NCBI GenBank assembly: GCA_034669905.1
Contig: JAXMOL010000001.1
Span: 64,001 to 128,000 of the forward strand
DNA length: 64,000 nt
Direction of reading: 5' to 3'
Source of the DNA: Candidatus Hydrogenedentota bacterium
GTDB taxonomy: Bacteria > Hydrogenedentota > Hydrogenedentia > Hydrogenedentales > JAEUWI01
Every line of letters begins with the position of its first letter. Positions within the stretch are counted from its first letter, which is position 1. The notes below the pieces were generated by a model. It was not told the DNA's origin. It saw only the letters and a list, made by a program, of their open reading frames with translations, and searched no databases. The translations under genes were made by a program, and so were the position numbers. Of this stretch, positions 62,857 to 64,000 are shown piece after piece.

Positions 62857-64000
62857 GCACCGGCAAGAACCCCTGGTTTCGCCGGGAAGGGCTGGCCCTT
62901 CTGACCGACTTTTATGAACTGACCATGATGGCCGGTCAGTGGAAAGAGCAGCGCTCCGAGCAGCGGGTCACCTTCAATTATTTCTTTCGCAGTCTGCCGC
63001 CCCACACCGGATTCGCCGTCTTTGCCGGGCTGGAATCCTTCCTCGACTACCTCGAACACCTGCGCTTTGGCGACGACGACATCGACTATCTTCGTTCACT
63101 CGGCATTTTTGGCGACGATTTCCTCGCCCATCTCCGCACCTTTACCCCGACCTGCACGGTGCAAGCCGTTCCGGAAGGCACGCTGGTTTACCCCTATGAG
63201 CCCATACTCCAGATCGAGGGGTCCATCTTCGAGACCCTGCTCATCGAGTCGGCCCTGCTCAACCTGCTGAATTTTCAGACCCTCATCGCCACCAAGGCGG
63301 CGCGCATCTGCCTGGCGGCCAACGGCGACCCCGTGATGGAGTTTGGCCTGCGCCGGGCCCATGGCCCCGATGGCGGCGTCAGCGGCTCGCGGGCGGCCCA
63401 CATCGGTGGCTGCAATTCCACCTCCAACGTTCTGGCGGGCAAGACCTTCGACATTCCCGTAGGTGGTACCCACGCCCACAGCTGGGTCATGAGTTTCCCA
63501 TCGGAACTCGAAGCCTTCCGTACCTTCGCCCGCCACTACCCGGACCGCTGCGTCCTGCTGGTGGACACCTACGACACGGAAACGAGTGGCGTACCCAATG
63601 CCATCACGGTGTTTAAGGAAATGCACGCGGCAGGTATCAACGTCCGGCCGGCCATCCGGCTTGACTCCGGCGACCTTTCGCGGCTCAGTAAGATCGCCTA
63701 TCAAAAGATGACCGAGGCCGGGTTGGAAGACCCCCTGATCGTGGCCTCCAACGATCTGGATGAGGAGTTGGTGGCCGATCTGAAACGTCAGGGCTCCAAA
63801 ATCAATGCGTGGGGCGTGGGCACCCACCTGATTACGGCCTACGATGCCCCGGCCCTCAGCGGCGTCTACAAGCTCGTGGCCATCCGCGAAGGCGACACCT
63901 GGCACAGCCGCATGAAGATTTCGTCCAACATCGAAAAAGCGACGGATCCCGGACGGAAACAGCTCATCCGCTATTTCGACAGCAACGACCACCCCCTGTG
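62853..64000 (+). CDS. pncB: nicotinate phosphoribosyltransferase (3' truncated by window)
   Basis: Read manually from ATG 62853: LLTDFYELTM, FFR, IATKAAR, EFGLRRAHG, GTHAHSWVM, LLVDTYDT, IRLDSGD, ASNDLDE. Confidence 0.94.
   Translation, partial: MSTGKNPWFRREGLALLTDFYELTMMAGQWKEQRSEQRVTFNYFFRSLPPHTGFAVFAGLESFLDYLEHLRFGDDDIDYLRSLGIFGDDFLAHLRTFTPTCTVQAVPEGTLVYPYEPILQIEGSIFETLLIESALLNLLNFQTLIATKAARICLAANGDPVMEFGLRRAHGPDGGVSGSRAAHIGGCNSTSNVLAGKTFDIPVGGTHAHSWVMSFPSELEAFRTFARHYPDRCVLLVDTYDTETSGVPNAITVFKEMHAAGINVRPAIRLDSGDLSRLSKIAYQKMTEAGLEDPLIVASNDLDEELVADLKRQGSKINAWGVGTHLITAYDAPALSGVYKLVAIREGDTWHSRMKISSNIEKATDPGRKQLIRYFDSNDHPL

Overview
GC-rich bacterial chromosomal window. It is probably from Candidatus Hydrogenedentota or a PVC-like relative; this is inferred from the DUF1559 prepilin-like gene, the (GE)n-linker lipoprotein and the DUF1549/DUF1553/DUF1501 pair. 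Housekeeping blocks are a circularly permuted ATP-grasp/alpha-E pair, menB-menA-menC-menE, a uronate isomerase, a complete nqrABCDEF-apbE operon, an archaeal-type GlmU-like gene, a GH29 fucosidase, a solo CIRCE-controlled groEL, aat, an M16 peptidase, mtgA and a NUDIX-pncA-pncB NAD salvage operon (truncated by the window end). Five things stand out. (1) A SWIM-zinc-finger gene is followed by two diverged ~1060-aa helical paralogs (DUF6493-like) of unknown function. (2) A ~2380-aa acidic lipoprotein is built from seven [EF-hand pair + 2 CHRD] super-repeats. (3) In two separate places an orphan copy of a gene's 3' end lies downstream of that gene and differs only by synonymous substitutions (plus one 6-bp indel in the second case), suggesting 3'-end replacement by incoming DNA. 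(4) A family of 9-10-bp-period REP/MITE-like intergenic repeats is present. (5) A papain/Tae4-like lipoprotein is coupled to an mtgA that carries a histone-like tail. No rRNA, tRNA, CRISPR array, integrase or transposase was recognised. Family names come from motif recognition by eye, not from database searches.
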